From the NCBI GenBank assembly GCA_051008975.1, contig JBPCXA010000229.1, positions 1-42,207 on the forward strand: a stretch of 42,207 nucleotides of DNA, in the 5' to 3' direction. Below are positions 41,153-42,207 of the stretch, one piece after another. The DNA is from Gammaproteobacteria bacterium. Lineage in GTDB: Bacteria > Pseudomonadota > Gammaproteobacteria > Tethybacterales > Persebacteraceae. A program made the position numbers and the translations under genes. Position 1 is the stretch's first letter; every line of letters starts with the position of its first letter. A model generated the notes under the pieces. That model was not told where the DNA came from, did not search any database, and saw only the letters and a list, made by a program, of their open reading frames with translations.

Positions 41153-42166
41153 ATGAAAAAACTTGCGACCGCGCTTGTTTTCGCGTTCGCCGCAACGTCC
41201 CCGGCGGCGGCGATTGACATCGTCGGTTCGTCCACGGTATATCCGTTTTCCGCGGTCGCCGCCGAGTTGTTCGCGCTGTCCGGCGGCGGCAAGGCGCCGA
41301 AAGTGGAAGCCACCGGCAGCGGCGGCGGCTTGAAACTATTCTGCGCGGGCGGCGATTCGCCCGACATCACGAACGCCTCGCGCCGCATCAAAAAATCGGA
41401 ACAGAAACTGTGCGCCGAAAACGGCGTCCGCGAAATTTTGGAAATTAAAATCGGCTACGACGGCATTGTCGTCGCCCGTAGCGCGGCGGCGGAATCGTTC
41501 GATTTGACGCGGCGGGATTTGTTTTTGGCGCTCGCGCGGCAGACGCCGGACGCCGCCGGAAACTTGATTGACAATTCGCACCGGACATGGCGCGACGCGG
41601 ACGCGTCCCTGCCCGGCGTGGAAATTCGCGTATACGGTCCGCCGCCGACTTCCGGCACCCGCGACGCCTTCGCCGAACTGGTGCTGGAAAAAGGATGCGA
41701 TTCCCATCCGCAATTGAAGGCGTTGAAAAAATCCGACAAAAGCCGCCACCGCGCCGTCTGCCACGGCGTCCGCGAAGACGGCGCCTATATTGAATCCGGC
41801 GAAAACGACAATTTAATCATCCAAAAACTCGCGGCGAATCCGGACGCGCTGGGCATTTTCGGATTCAGTTTTTTGGAGGAAAACCGCGACAAAGTGCGCG
41901 GACTTTCGGTGGAGGGCGTCGCGCCCGAATTTGACGCCGTCGCCGACGGCTCCTATCCGGTGTCGCGCCCGCTGTTTTTCTACGCCAATCTCGCGCGCTA
42001 CGACGAAACGCCCGGACTGCGCGAATTCGTGGAATTCTTCGTCTCCGAAGATGTGATGGGCGAGGACGGCGCGCTGACCGACCGCGGACTGATTCCGCTG
42101 CCGCCGGACGAATACGCCGCCGCCGTCCGGGCGGCGCAAACGCGGACGCCGATGGAGAAGTTGTAA
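41153..42166 (+). CDS. pstS: PstS-family phosphate ABC transporter substrate-binding protein
   Basis: Start at MKKLATALVFAFAATSPAAA (signal peptide). It has IVGSSTVYPF, ATGSGGG, TSGTRDAF and DGSYPVSRPLFFY, typical of the PBP-2 phosphate-binding family. Confidence 0.8.
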   Translation: MKKLATALVFAFAATSPAAAIDIVGSSTVYPFSAVAAELFALSGGGKAPKVEATGSGGGLKLFCAGGDSPDITNASRRIKKSEQKLCAENGVREILEIKIGYDGIVVARSAAAESFDLTRRDLFLALARQTPDAAGNLIDNSHRTWRDADASLPGVEIRVYGPPPTSGTRDAFAELVLEKGCDSHPQLKALKKSDKSRHRAVCHGVREDGAYIESGENDNLIIQKLAANPDALGIFGFSFLEENRDKVRGLSVEGVAPEFDAVADGSYPVSRPLFFYANLARYDETPGLREFVEFFVSEDVMGEDGALTDRGLIPLPPDEYAAAVRAAQTRTPMEKL

Positions 42167-42207
42167 TTTTTGCGGCGCGCGAAAAAGGGCGGCGTATAAT
42201 TGCGCCG

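Noticed and set aside
1-42207. Search for Neisseriaceae DNA uptake sequences (GCCGTCTGAA and CCTGAA-ending variants), given the dRS3-like repeats
   Set aside because: I found no exact DUS or recurring variant by eye. A single near-match (AACCGCCTGAA on the minus strand near 38614) is not evidence of enrichment.
1-42207. tRNA, rRNA, transposase, integrase or prophage genes
   Set aside because: None recognised. The larger intergenic regions I examined closely are accounted for by the repeat modules and promoters, and no ORF has recombinase, transposase or phage structural motifs.

Overview
GC-rich proteobacterial chromosome segment with beta-proteobacterium-like gene content and Neisseria-style ATTCC..GGAAT intergenic repeats. 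It is densely packed with about 48 protein genes, many joined by ATGA or TAATG overlaps. Most are housekeeping: tyrS (partial), an AddB-type nuclease with fdxA, a CoA-binding protein with metY, xseA, priA, mlaFEDCB, hisB-hisH, coaE, pilD, ISC fdx-iscX, mnmA, a dihydroorotase, lysA-lptM opposite cyaY, slt, a phasin-like gene, a split UxaA-family dehydratase, plsC, gpsA, a TIGR04282/04283-type glycosyltransferase pair and a pstS-like gene. I saw no rRNA, tRNA, CRISPR, transposase, integrase or phage genes. No complete multi-gene novel system is demonstrable from sequence alone. The best candidates for follow-up are these. (1) A 1377-aa lipoprotein autotransporter carries two tandem complete subtilisin (S8) domains, with an in-frame G14 tract just before the beta-barrel that would act as a phase-variation switch. 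(2) Three scattered restriction-modification-type genes sit inside housekeeping operons: a nuclease-less Mrr-type N-terminal module between DmsB-like and DmsC-like genes, an orphan gamma-class m6A methyltransferase coupled to mlaB, and a beta-class methyltransferase fused to an Mrr_cat-like domain 5 nt after a UxaA-family gene. (3) A DmsB/DmsC-like pair has no catalytic subunit. (4) A -10-like hexamer lies exactly 6 nt upstream of at least six start codons that lack a Shine-Dalgarno sequence, which suggests leaderless mRNAs; the AT-rich, probably foreign, ORFs have strong SD sites instead. (5) Mosaic intergenic repeats include a 114-bp five-hairpin element in four copies. Many long ORFs in the supplied track are antisense artefacts of the high GC content and were not called.
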